Assembly (NCBI GenBank): GCA_030619765.1 | Contig: JAUXAU010000004.1 | Span: 5,717-69,716, forward strand | Source of the DNA: Thermoplasmatota archaeon | Lineage (GTDB): Archaea > Thermoplasmatota > E2 > DHVEG-1 | Direction: 5' to 3' | DNA length: 64,000 nucleotides | Shown: positions 9,403 to 17,854 of the stretch, one piece after another | Position numbering within the stretch: position 1 is the stretch's first letter | Layout of the letters: the number at the start of each line of letters is the position of its first letter | Made by a program: the position numbers and the translations under genes | Notes under the pieces: model-generated | Databases searched by the model: none | Seen by the model: only the letters and a program-made list of their open reading frames with translations | Told to the model about the DNA's origin: nothing

Positions 9403-9819
9403 TTAAATTCCGCAATTATAACATTTTCTATTATGGACACAAAGTACTCCGCCACATTTTGGGCATTTCCATCTTTCCACTTCATTTTCAATGAATTTAC
9501 TAATGCCGTTTTTTTCGATATATTTTAAATTTTCAATCATGCTCATTTCATACTTTGTTATGTACCTTTTATCCAATTTCTTAAGATTTTCGCAGGGAAA
9601 ATCCTCGCATTCAAAACAATATTTGATTTCTTCATTAGATAACTTTTTACAGTCCTTCTTTAGGAAAGCGCATTGTTTATCCCCTAGCCTACAACCTATA
9701 CAAGGGTTTTTTCTCTTTTTACCACCCATCGTATAACCTAAATACCCGATACATATTCTGCAATTCATTCCGCAAGGAGCAATAAGCTCTTGTTTGAAGG
9801 GCTTACTCATTTTTCCCAC
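9403..9819 (-). CDS. DUF3795-family Cys-rich protein
   Basis: IAPCGMNCRIC, CIGCR, YCFECEDFPC, C-terminal CPKCG ribbon. Confidence 0.88.
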   Translation of the reverse strand: MGKMSKPFKQELIAPCGMNCRICIGYLGYTMGGKKRKNPCIGCRLGDKQCAFLKKDCKKLSNEEIKYCFECEDFPCENLKKLDKRYITKYEMSMIENLKYIEKNGISKFIENEVERWKCPKCGGVLCVHNRKCYNCGI

Positions 9820-10418
9820 CTCTTTAGGAACTTTTCCGCTTTCTTTCTTGTAGCAGGTCTCGTATTCTTTAATTCGTTTCTGACAAAATGGATTATTTTT
9901 TTCTTGTCTTTGAACTCACCAATATATTCCTCAAAAGATAGTATCGCTTTACCCTTGATGATATTTTTACACTCAGAGCTATGATGGGTTTTGTCAATAT
10001 CTACCAATTTGTTAGTGATCTTACCTTGCAAGTGTGGTTTTGCTCTAGCAATTATTCCAGAACGTCCTGCAATATTAGCTGTGTTAATCATGCTCTCATC
10101 TTCAAGGAGACTGTAATACTTGTTGAATATTTTCTCGAACTTGTTTTTTGTGTCAACTCTTGTAAGGTTTGCAATTATCGTCGCGCCAATGACTCTTAAA
10201 AAAGTATTATCATCATCTAAAAGTTTCACAAAAAAATCCCACTCGGGATACAACATTTTGGGTTGTTGTTCACTTACTAACATTAGCACTTTCAAACTCT
10301 TGTATTTAATAACTGCTTTTTCAGAAGAAACGCCTTCTAGCAAATCATCAAGTAATCTCTCATCTTTAACAACTTTCTTAGCAATGCTCTCAGCATCAAC
10401 ATTCTTTTTTTCAATCAT
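9807..10418 (-). CDS. HEAT/ARM-like helical repeat protein
   Basis: Alpha-helical repeat pattern; overlaps the DUF3795 gene. Confidence 0.65.
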   Translation of the reverse strand: MIEKKNVDAESIAKKVVKDERLLDDLLEGVSSEKAVIKYKSLKVLMLVSEQQPKMLYPEWDFFVKLLDDDNTFLRVIGATIIANLTRVDTKNKFEKIFNKYYSLLEDESMINTANIAGRSGIIARAKPHLQGKITNKLVDIDKTHHSSECKNIIKGKAILSFEEYIGEFKDKKKIIHFVRNELKNTRPATRKKAEKFLKRWEK

Positions 10419-10503
10419 ATTTACCCCACTTCTTTAGGAACTCCTTTGCCTTCGTTTTTGTCTTCGGGCTCTTGCTCTCTAACTGTCCCTTAACAAATTC
10501 CAT
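10411..10503 (-). pseudogene. C-terminal remnant of a paralog of 9807-10418
   Basis: MEFVKGQLESKSPKTKTKAKEFLKKWGK aligns with IHFVRNELKNTRPATRKKAEKFLKRWEK. Confidence 0.65.
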
Positions 10504-10551
10504 TATTTTTCCTTCTCCATTACAATTTCATTTCAACTATCATAAGATGAC

Positions 10552-11190
10552 TTAGACCGTTTTAATTTCTTTATTTCTTACATGAATTAACGTCTTATAA
10601 TATGCAATAAAAAGCAAAATATAAGGAATCAAATCTGATAAAATTGATAAAGTTCGTAGGGAAATATTCCAATAATGAAAACCAAGAACATGCTGCATAG
10701 TCATTGATATCCAATAAATAATCACAAATAAAGAAACACCAACAATAAGTATATTTTTTATCCAGGGAATTAACAGCTTTCTAAGTAGATACAAAGGAAC
10801 AGATAGTATCAACAAAGTCAACAGGACGAAAGGTATTACTGTTGTTATCATGTAGCCATATCCAAACATAGAAATAGGTCCGCTAATAAATGCGGATATC
10901 ACAAGAAACACGATGACAAGCCACAATGTTTTTTCAAGATTGGAGATATGTTCTTTTCCGAACTCATGTCTTCCTTTCCACATCTTGTAAAGTCCTACAA
11001 TAAATAAGACAACACCAACTAAATATAAGAATAAATAAAAACCTGCCAACCAAAATATCGTCTCAGTAAAAGAATCGTTTATATAATAATAAAGGAAAAT
11101 AATCAAAGACATAAAACCCCACCCAACCGCAATAATTGAGGCATAAGTCAAGTACTGTAACCCATTAACAGTTTGTGATTTACTCGCCAT
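10552..11190 (-). CDS. multi-pass membrane protein
   Basis: About 6 hydrophobic segments; strong SD. Confidence 0.75.
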   Translation of the reverse strand: MASKSQTVNGLQYLTYASIIAVGWGFMSLIIFLYYYINDSFTETIFWLAGFYLFLYLVGVVLFIVGLYKMWKGRHEFGKEHISNLEKTLWLVIVFLVISAFISGPISMFGYGYMITTVIPFVLLTLLILSVPLYLLRKLLIPWIKNILIVGVSLFVIIYWISMTMQHVLGFHYWNISLRTLSILSDLIPYILLFIAYYKTLIHVRNKEIKTV

Positions 11191-11206
11191 TTTTCCTCCT
11201 CCAAAT

Positions 11207-11602
11207 CTACAATTTCATTTCAACTTTCAATATCTTTTTCATCTGTTCATATTCTTCTTTAGTGATTTCACCTTTAGCGTATCGCTTATTTAAAATATCC
11301 ATGGCTTCATCTGATTTCTTATCGGATGAAATCTCTTCATGAATTTTTTCCTTTAGTTCACTATTTTTGTCCTCTGAAACCACACTTGGTGCAAAAATTC
11401 CAGCAATGCAAAGAATAAAACCTACAATTCCAAAAATATAGCCAAACATTACCATAGCATTTCCAGTTGAACTCATACTTTGATATGTATCAGGTGAAAT
11501 TATATACCATACACTCTGTTGAACCATATTGTTTCCAACAAAATAAAGAATAATTCCAATAATAACCAATAATATTCCTCCTCCCAATACACCGCTTCGC
11601 AT
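11207..11602 (-). CDS. membrane protein with C-terminal SHOCT domain
   Basis: 2 TM segments; AMDILNKRYAKGEITKEEYEQMKK. Confidence 0.88.
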   Translation of the reverse strand: MRSGVLGGGILLVIIGIILYFVGNNMVQQSVWYIISPDTYQSMSSTGNAMVMFGYIFGIVGFILCIAGIFAPSVVSEDKNSELKEKIHEEISSDKKSDEAMDILNKRYAKGEITKEEYEQMKKILKVEMKL

Positions 11603-11647
11603 AATTTTCTTCCTCCAAACTACAATGTCATAACTATCAAGTGATGA

Positions 11648-11770
11648 TTATTCACCTTTCTTTATCTTTTTTCTCTTTTGATAACAAGTAGTACACATTC
11701 CTTTCACTCTGGCTAAATTGTTACACCCAGATACGCTACAGATTTTCCCTCTGTTATCTTGGTATTTCAT
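11648..11770 (-). CDS. 40-aa Zn-finger microprotein (not in ORF track)
   Basis: MKYQDNRGKICSVSGCNNLARVKGMCTTCYQKRKKIKKGE*; stop codon lies within the junction motif. Confidence 0.65.
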   Translation of the reverse strand: MKYQDNRGKICSVSGCNNLARVKGMCTTCYQKRKKIKKGE

Positions 11771-11817
11771 TCTTTCTTCAACCCATTAAGAGATGGTTAT
11801 TCATCAATATCGTCATT

Positions 11818-12009
11818 TTATTTTTTACCAAATCCTGATAAATTATTATAAAGTGCTAACACTATACTTGTAACAGCGAAACCATGTCCAGGGAGAGATA
11901 ATGGAGGAATTACTGAAGTACTGCCCACAAAAAATTCAAATCCGTAACAAGCCCAAGCCATGATAAGGCAAAAAACAACACCGACAATTAATTTACCCAT
12001 TTTTTTCAA
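11818..12009 (-). CDS. small membrane protein
   Basis: 2 hydrophobic segments; SD GGGAGGAG. Confidence 0.6.
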   Translation of the reverse strand: MKKMGKLIVGVVFCLIMAWACYGFEFFVGSTSVIPPLSLPGHGFAVTSIVLALYNNLSGFGKK

Positions 12010-12018
12010 ACTCCTCCC

Positions 12019-12351
12019 TCAAAATGCAATCTCATTTATTATTTTCTTAATTTCTTCTTCATCAATTTCAACATCTATTTGATTAATCTTTAATTTTACA
12101 GCCCTATTCTTCAAGTTATCATACAACCACGTTGCAAAAATAGATGTATTTGTTGCGATATTTCCTTCAACATCCAATGTGAAAATGACCGTGTCTGGCT
12201 CTTCAATTGAAAATTTTTTAAGAGTCAGCTGATAAACCATTGTAGTGTTCCTATAAATATCCCTTTTATCTCCTGAACTTATAGATTTTTTACCTAAAAT
12301 ATCAGTAGTCAACCGCTTATCATATGTATCTACTTCTATATTGATTTTCAT
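12019..12351 (-). CDS. hypothetical protein
   Basis: ORF track; member of the array. Confidence 0.65.
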   Translation of the reverse strand: MKINIEVDTYDKRLTTDILGKKSISSGDKRDIYRNTTMVYQLTLKKFSIEEPDTVIFTLDVEGNIATNTSIFATWLYDNLKNRAVKLKINQIDVEIDEEEIKKIINEIAF

Positions 12352-12397
12352 CTATATTCCTATCGCAGTTTTTTAAACACCTATTTCTTTATAAACC

Positions 12398-12604
12398 CTA
12401 TTTTCTCTTGATTGCCATCCATATCATACTTGCCGACTCCCTATACGACCTTCTATTATTCACCTCAATATCATAAATGCGTTTCCATGTCCATCCGTTC
12501 CTTTCATACTCATTCTTAATTCCAGGATAGACGTAGAAATACCAGATGAGTGATAGCACAATCACGCCTATTCCTGCAAGGATCTCAATGTAGAGTTCTG
12601 GCAT
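12398..12604 (-). CDS. small single-TM protein
   Basis: One hydrophobic segment; preceded by the junction motif. Confidence 0.6.
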   Translation of the reverse strand: MPELYIEILAGIGVIVLSLIWYFYVYPGIKNEYERNGWTWKRIYDIEVNNRRSYRESASMIWMAIKRK

Positions 12605-12673
12605 TTTATCTCCCTGAAACTACAATTCCATAACAACTTCCTGGTAAAAGTCTGTCTTTCAGAGCAGAGATGG

Positions 12674-12868
12674 TTATTCATTTTTTTCCTTCTTTTTCCT
12701 TTTATCTTTATATCTCCAACCATAACCTGGGTATCTCATTGCTTTAAAACCTTTTAAAAATTCGTCAAACTCTTGTGGATTATGGAAACGGATTAATCTT
12801 ACTACTTCCCCTGTTTTTTCATCAAATAACTCAATTACTTCTTTATATTTCGTTCTAACCCAACGCAT
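12674..12868 (-). CDS. small hypothetical protein
   Basis: SD GGAGGG; flanked by junction motifs. Confidence 0.65.
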   Translation of the reverse strand: MRWVRTKYKEVIELFDEKTGEVVRLIRFHNPQEFDEFLKGFKAMRYPGYGWRYKDKRKKKEKNE

Positions 12869-12926
12869 TTTCCCTCCGCACCTATCTACAACTTCATAAC
12901 CGCCTTCACCATCAAGAGATGTTTAT

Positions 12927-13004
12927 TCATTTTTTATCTTTTTTCGGCTTTATCTCATTGATATTTTTCCACGCCTTTTCGACACGTTGTCCAAAAGTTG
13001 TCAT
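12927..13004 (-). CDS. 25-aa basic micropeptide, copy 1
   Basis: MTTFGQRVEKAWKNINEIKPKKDKK*; near-identical tandem copy upstream. Confidence 0.45.
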   Translation of the reverse strand: MTTFGQRVEKAWKNINEIKPKKDKK

Positions 13005-13099
13005 TCCTTCATCCCTCACTTACAGTTCCATAAACATCAATCGCTTTAAAAAACCAATCCTTGTGTTTTGTGGGAGGATAAAAAGGGATTGAAAATGAT

Positions 13100-13189
13100 T
13101 TATTTTTCCTCAGATTTTTCTTCTTTTTTCGGCTTTATCTCATTGATATTTTTCCACGCCTTTTTGACACGTTGTCCAAAAGTTGTCAT
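13100..13189 (-). CDS. 29-aa micropeptide, copy 2
   Basis: MTTFGQRVKKAWKNINEIKPKKEEKSEEK*; SD GGGGTGA. Confidence 0.45.
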   Translation of the reverse strand: MTTFGQRVKKAWKNINEIKPKKEEKSEEK

Positions 13190-13340
13190 TCCATCACCCC
13201 TAACTCACAGTTCCATAAACATCAATCCCTTAATAAAACCAGTGCTTAGTGGAATGATTTCATTTACTCTGTTCAAAGTTTATTGTGAGTTAAACCTCCA
13301 ATTCATATCACGTCCCTTGCACTTTTTATATTTGTGTCTT

Positions 13341-14642
13341 TTAAGGTGTGAGACGTGTTCTATCACGTGGAAACAAAATACATTCTCTGATATTTTTAAT
13401 ATCTAATAGCTCCATCAAAAACCGTTCAATACCAAACCCAAAGCCACCATGTGGAGGCATACCATATTTAAATGCCTTAAGATAAGATTCAAAATCTTCG
13501 GGATTTAAATCACATGCTTTCATTCGCTCTTCCAACAATTTCACATCATGTATGCGCTGACTGCCAGAAGCAATTTCAATACCTTTGCATGCTAAATCAA
13601 AACCACGTGAATATTTATCTCCTTTAGGCATAGTATAAAATGGCTTTGATTCAAGAGGATATTTTGTAATAAAATAAAGCTCTGCACCCTCCTCTTTCAT
13701 AATATCTCCAAGTAAGCGCTCATCATCAGTACCTAAATCCTGACCCCATTCTATACTGGAGTTTCTATCTTGTAATTTGTCTACTACTTTATCATAAACA
13801 ATCCTTGCAAATGGCAACTCTGGAACAGAAATTTTCTTAACCAGAATCTTAAGTTCATTTTTGCAATCGCTTGCTTTTTTCCACATATTGTAGACAAGAT
13901 TTTCTAAAACGTTCATTACTTCCTCTTCATCGTTGATAAATGCCATTTCCAAATCAACAGCAGTTGACTCGTTCAGATGTCTTCGTGTATTGTGTTCTTC
14001 AGCTCTAAAATACCATGCAATTTCATATACTCTATCAAGGCCTGTTGCCATCAAACTTTGTTTATATAACTGAGGAGATTGGGCAAGAAATGCCTCTTTT
14101 TCAAAATATTTTAACTTAAAAACATCTGTTCCACCTTCAGAAGAACTAGCGGTAATCTTTGGAGTATGCACCTCCACAAAATCCTGCGATTGTAGATATT
14201 TATGAACAGCCGCAATTACAGCATTTCTTATGGTAAAGATTGCCTGATTCTTTTGCTTTCTGAGATCAATAAATCTGTTATCTAACCTGGTATCAAAATC
14301 TGCTTCAACCTTGTCAACAACACCTAAAGGCAAGGGGGCTTTAGCAACAGATAAAATTTCTAATCTTTCAGGCAAAATTTCATAGTCGTTTCTTACTTTT
14401 TCATTCTCTTTGCAGATGCCTTTTACAGATATAACCGACTCTCGTGATAAAGATGTTAATTTTTCAAATAATTCAGGATTTTTCTTTTTTAAAACAGTTA
14501 ATTGAAGAGTACCTCTCTTATCACGCAGGATGATAAATGCAATGGATCCAATATTTCGGATATCCTCGATCCAACCCGCTACTGTTATTGATTTGTTGTA
14601 GTCTTTTTTTGTTACATCCTTTGAATAATGACTTCTATACAT
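13341..14642 (-). CDS. aspS: aspartate--tRNA ligase, archaeal type
   Basis: OB-fold N-terminus, [40 protein letters not shown]. Confidence 0.97.
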   Translation of the reverse strand: MYRSHYSKDVTKKDYNKSITVAGWIEDIRNIGSIAFIILRDKRGTLQLTVLKKKNPELFEKLTSLSRESVISVKGICKENEKVRNDYEILPERLEILSVAKAPLPLGVVDKVEADFDTRLDNRFIDLRKQKNQAIFTIRNAVIAAVHKYLQSQDFVEVHTPKITASSSEGGTDVFKLKYFEKEAFLAQSPQLYKQSLMATGLDRVYEIAWYFRAEEHNTRRHLNESTAVDLEMAFINDEEEVMNVLENLVYNMWKKASDCKNELKILVKKISVPELPFARIVYDKVVDKLQDRNSSIEWGQDLGTDDERLLGDIMKEEGAELYFITKYPLESKPFYTMPKGDKYSRGFDLACKGIEIASGSQRIHDVKLLEERMKACDLNPEDFESYLKAFKYGMPPHGGFGFGIERFLMELLDIKNIRECILFPRDRTRLTP

Positions 14643-14652
14643 AATAAAAACC

Positions 14653-15405
14653 CTATCGAAACAATGAATTTAGTCTTTTTGAAATAAAAGATATCATTTC
14701 ACTTAGATTTCTTTCATTATCCCACTTTTCAACTAGATTTTTAAGCTCGTTTTTATCGGTATTTTTAAGTTCATTCACCCATCTTTCAATATTTGAAATT
14801 GCACGAGTTACATTATCAACAATTGTAATACTAGCTGTTCTTGCAGTCCTAGAAAGAGGATTCAAATCAATAGCAACAACTGTTTTTCCCATGTTTCTAA
14901 GAGCCTGACATCTATCGCCGTCTTCAAGTGGAACAAGAACAACATCAGCCGAAAAGATTCCCTCCATATCGCACAAAGCACGATCATGCTCTAAACCAGG
15001 AATCTTTGCATCTGCCTTTTGACCATATACATTTTTTGCCCCGTAATTTGACAGTTCTTTTAAAATTTTTTCTATTCGCTTCTTTGTTCTATGGAAAAGA
15101 TTAACTTCAAGTTTCGCTGAAATGGATTCGGTCAAGCTGATGCAATCTTCTGCAACTAAGGAAACGACATTGCCGTTAACCGATATAACAGGGTTCTTTG
15201 CGCATAGCAGTGCTGCTGCTGCAACCTCTTCAGCCATATCTGCTTGTGGTATAGTTTTCTCACCAAGCAAATAATCAAAGGCCTCACCCCTACCATGAGC
15301 TATCAAACCAGTTTCATGAACTATGCCATTTTTCATCGCCTGTGAAATTTTTTCCCGTGTCATTAACGAAGTATAACGCGGATGGTTTTTTGGTATCTTT
15401 TCCAT
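14653..15405 (-). CDS. 4-phosphopantoate--beta-alanine ligase (phosphopantothenate synthetase)
   Basis: HPRY.SL..RE, GLIAHGRGEAFDYLLGE, VPLEDGDR, IDLNPLSRTA. Confidence 0.95.
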   Translation of the reverse strand: MEKIPKNHPRYTSLMTREKISQAMKNGIVHETGLIAHGRGEAFDYLLGEKTIPQADMAEEVAAAALLCAKNPVISVNGNVVSLVAEDCISLTESISAKLEVNLFHRTKKRIEKILKELSNYGAKNVYGQKADAKIPGLEHDRALCDMEGIFSADVVLVPLEDGDRCQALRNMGKTVVAIDLNPLSRTARTASITIVDNVTRAISNIERWVNELKNTDKNELKNLVEKWDNERNLSEMISFISKRLNSLFR

Positions 15406-15496
15406 AATTTAATAAAAACAATAAAGTGGCATTTTTAAAAGTTATTTGTTGAATCATTGGATAAAAAAAATAAAAAGTATAGTTTGAAACTATACT

Positions 15497-16270
15497 CTAT
15501 CCATACATACTTGGTTGAGGGATCTGACCTGCACCAGATACTATTGGTTTTGCTTGTTTGTGGAATTTCTGTAGTTGTTTTTCGATGCGTTCTGCTTCAT
15601 CATAAAGCGGTGCAACATTTATTTTCACACCAATAAGCGTACCGATAACAGTTATAGCAGATGCAGCAGCTCGAGCATCAGGAAAATTAGGATGTGCCTC
15701 CGCTAGTATTGATATTACATCAACGTTCTCATGTTTTCCTTTATTGAGCAAAACTCCGGAAACACCAGCGATTATGCCATTTTTAAACTGAGGAATATTC
15801 ATCGATTGAAGTAACTGCCGAGCGTTTTCTGTCGATCCAATTGCATACGCATCAACAATATCGTCTTCTTCCTTAGAGGGTTTACCTTCAACAACCATGC
15901 CTTCCGGCGATATCAAAAGCTTACATCCCTTTTTTTTCACCCAATCCATAATTGCATTAGATAAAGAAGTTATCAAGTTAGGTTTTGGTTTGAACTCCGA
16001 GACAAAAACTACAATCTTTTCTCCAGTTTCTAATTTCCCTGCATATATACGAACAGGAGACAAAGGCTCTCCAGTATGAACAACTGAGAGCGTAGGAAAA
16101 TATGGTGAATTTAACGCTCCGACCTGTTTTAAACCTAAAGCATCTATTGAATAATTAGCAACAATAGTGCTGACTAATCCTATAGAAGGGAAACCAGCAA
16201 TTACAATTGCATCACTAAGATCTGTGTCTTCAAAATCAACAATTTCAACATCTTCCAAATGCATCACCAT
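15497..16270 (-). CDS. PAC2-family proteasome assembly chaperone-like protein
   Basis: AGFPSIGLVSTIVANY, FPDARAAA. Confidence 0.9.
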   Translation of the reverse strand: MVMHLEDVEIVDFEDTDLSDAIVIAGFPSIGLVSTIVANYSIDALGLKQVGALNSPYFPTLSVVHTGEPLSPVRIYAGKLETGEKIVVFVSEFKPKPNLITSLSNAIMDWVKKKGCKLLISPEGMVVEGKPSKEEDDIVDAYAIGSTENARQLLQSMNIPQFKNGIIAGVSGVLLNKGKHENVDVISILAEAHPNFPDARAAASAITVIGTLIGVKINVAPLYDEAERIEKQLQKFHKQAKPIVSGAGQIPQPSMYG

Positions 16271-16333
16271 CCAATATACCTTAATATGCTTACTAGCATT
16301 TAAAATTAATTGGTGAGAAATGAATTTATCTTT

Positions 16334-17803
16334 CTATCCTTTAACCACCCCCAGAGGCAAAAGTTTTGCTACCTTAATAGAAATCCCAGCGCCATGTGTC
16401 ACATCTACAACTTCGCTGACATCTTTGTAAGCATCTGGTGCTTCTTCAGCCATAACCTTCCAGCTAGCTGGATGCACGTATATGCCTTTTCTTTTTAAAT
16501 TATTCTGTATGGCCTCTCCACGCCATCTTTTAACAGCTTGGTGTCTAGACATAACTCTACCAGCACCATGGCATGTAGAGCCAAATGTCTCCTCAGCTTT
16601 TTCTGTTCCTCGAAGAAGGTAACTCTCAGTCCCCATATCTCCAGGAATTAAAACAGGTTGACCAACATCTCTATATTTCAATGGAATTTCGCTTTTTCCT
16701 GGTCCGAATGAGCGGGTTGCACCTTTTCTATGAACATATACCTTTCTTTTTTTACCGTCCACTTCATGCTCTTCAAGTTTAGCGATATTATGACAAATAT
16801 CATAAATAATATGCATATCCAAACTCTCAGCACTTTCGTTAAGTATTTTTTCAAAAGATTCTCTTATCCAGTGGACTATCATTTGTCTATTGCACCAGGC
16901 AAAGTTTGCAGCACAAGCCATACCTTTAAGATAATCCTGTCCCTCCTTTGAATTTACAGGAGCACAAGCAAGTTGCCTATCTGGAAGCCAGATGTTATAT
17001 CTCCTAACGACCTGTTCTAAAACCCTTAAATGATCGGTACAAACCTGATGGCCAAATCCACGAGAACCTGTATGTATCATAACCATTATCTGCCCTTCTT
17101 CGTTTACTCCAAACGTTTTTGCAGCGTCTGAATCATAAATCTTTGCCACTTTTTGTATCTCAAGAAAGTGATTTCCAGCCCCTAAAGAACCCAATTGAGG
17201 AGCACCTCTCTGCTTTGCCTTCTCAGAAACTTTGGAAATGTCAGCATCTTTTAGACATCCGTTTTCCTCTAAAAACTCGACGTCTTCTTCCCATCCATAT
17301 CCATTTTCTACAGCCCATCGAGCTCCTATACATAAAACATCATTCAGTTCCTTTCTGCTAAGTCGAACCTTTGCCTTTGAACCAAGACCAGAGGGGACGT
17401 TTTTAAACATCTCGTCGACAAGAGGTGGTATCTTATTTGCATCTAAATTGCTAACGTGTAAATTTGTTCTAACAAGCCTCACTCCACAGTTGATATCAAA
17501 CCCGACTCCACCTGGAGAAAGAACACCTTCTTCAGCATCAGTAGCAGCAACACCACCGATGGGAAATCCATATCCCCAATGTATATCAGGCATCGCAAGA
17601 GATTTACCAACAATGCCAGGAAGCATTGTTACATTTGCAGCTTGTTCAAGGGCATTATCTTTCCGGATGGAATCAATCATATGGGCACTAGCATAAATAA
17701 CAGCCGAGGTTTTCATTTTTAGATTATTTTTTACCCCTTTATAATTCGAGGGAATCTCGTATCGAAAATCGTCAATTTTATTTAATGGGCCGTTCCAAAA
17801 CAT
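16334..17803 (-). CDS. rtcB: tRNA-splicing ligase RtcB
   Basis: MPDIHWGYGFPIGG, GFDINCG, GNHFLE, HRKGATR, STCHGAGR. Confidence 0.98.
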   Translation of the reverse strand: MFWNGPLNKIDDFRYEIPSNYKGVKNNLKMKTSAVIYASAHMIDSIRKDNALEQAANVTMLPGIVGKSLAMPDIHWGYGFPIGGVAATDAEEGVLSPGGVGFDINCGVRLVRTNLHVSNLDANKIPPLVDEMFKNVPSGLGSKAKVRLSRKELNDVLCIGARWAVENGYGWEEDVEFLEENGCLKDADISKVSEKAKQRGAPQLGSLGAGNHFLEIQKVAKIYDSDAAKTFGVNEEGQIMVMIHTGSRGFGHQVCTDHLRVLEQVVRRYNIWLPDRQLACAPVNSKEGQDYLKGMACAANFAWCNRQMIVHWIRESFEKILNESAESLDMHIIYDICHNIAKLEEHEVDGKKRKVYVHRKGATRSFGPGKSEIPLKYRDVGQPVLIPGDMGTESYLLRGTEKAEETFGSTCHGAGRVMSRHQAVKRWRGEAIQNNLKRKGIYVHPASWKVMAEEAPDAYKDVSEVVDVTHGAGISIKVAKLLPLGVVKG

Positions 17804-17854
17804 TATCTATCAAAATGTTAATACAAAAAAGGATTTATAGAGATTATGGAAAAG

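Larger units (their letters stand above)
10511..13232 (-). repeat. dispersed junction motif between array genes
   Basis: Copies at about 10511-10550, 11195-11230, 11603-11655, 11788-11804 (arm only), 12010-12040 (degenerate), 12605-12682, 12869-12930, 13011-13042, 13198-13227. Confidence 0.8.

Noticed and set aside
10511-13232. CRISPR array or canonical integron (attC/IntI)
   Set aside because: The repeats are degenerate and separated by whole ORFs. There are no cas genes. Most sites are shorter than attC and lack clear L boxes, and the integrase lacks the IntI insertion.
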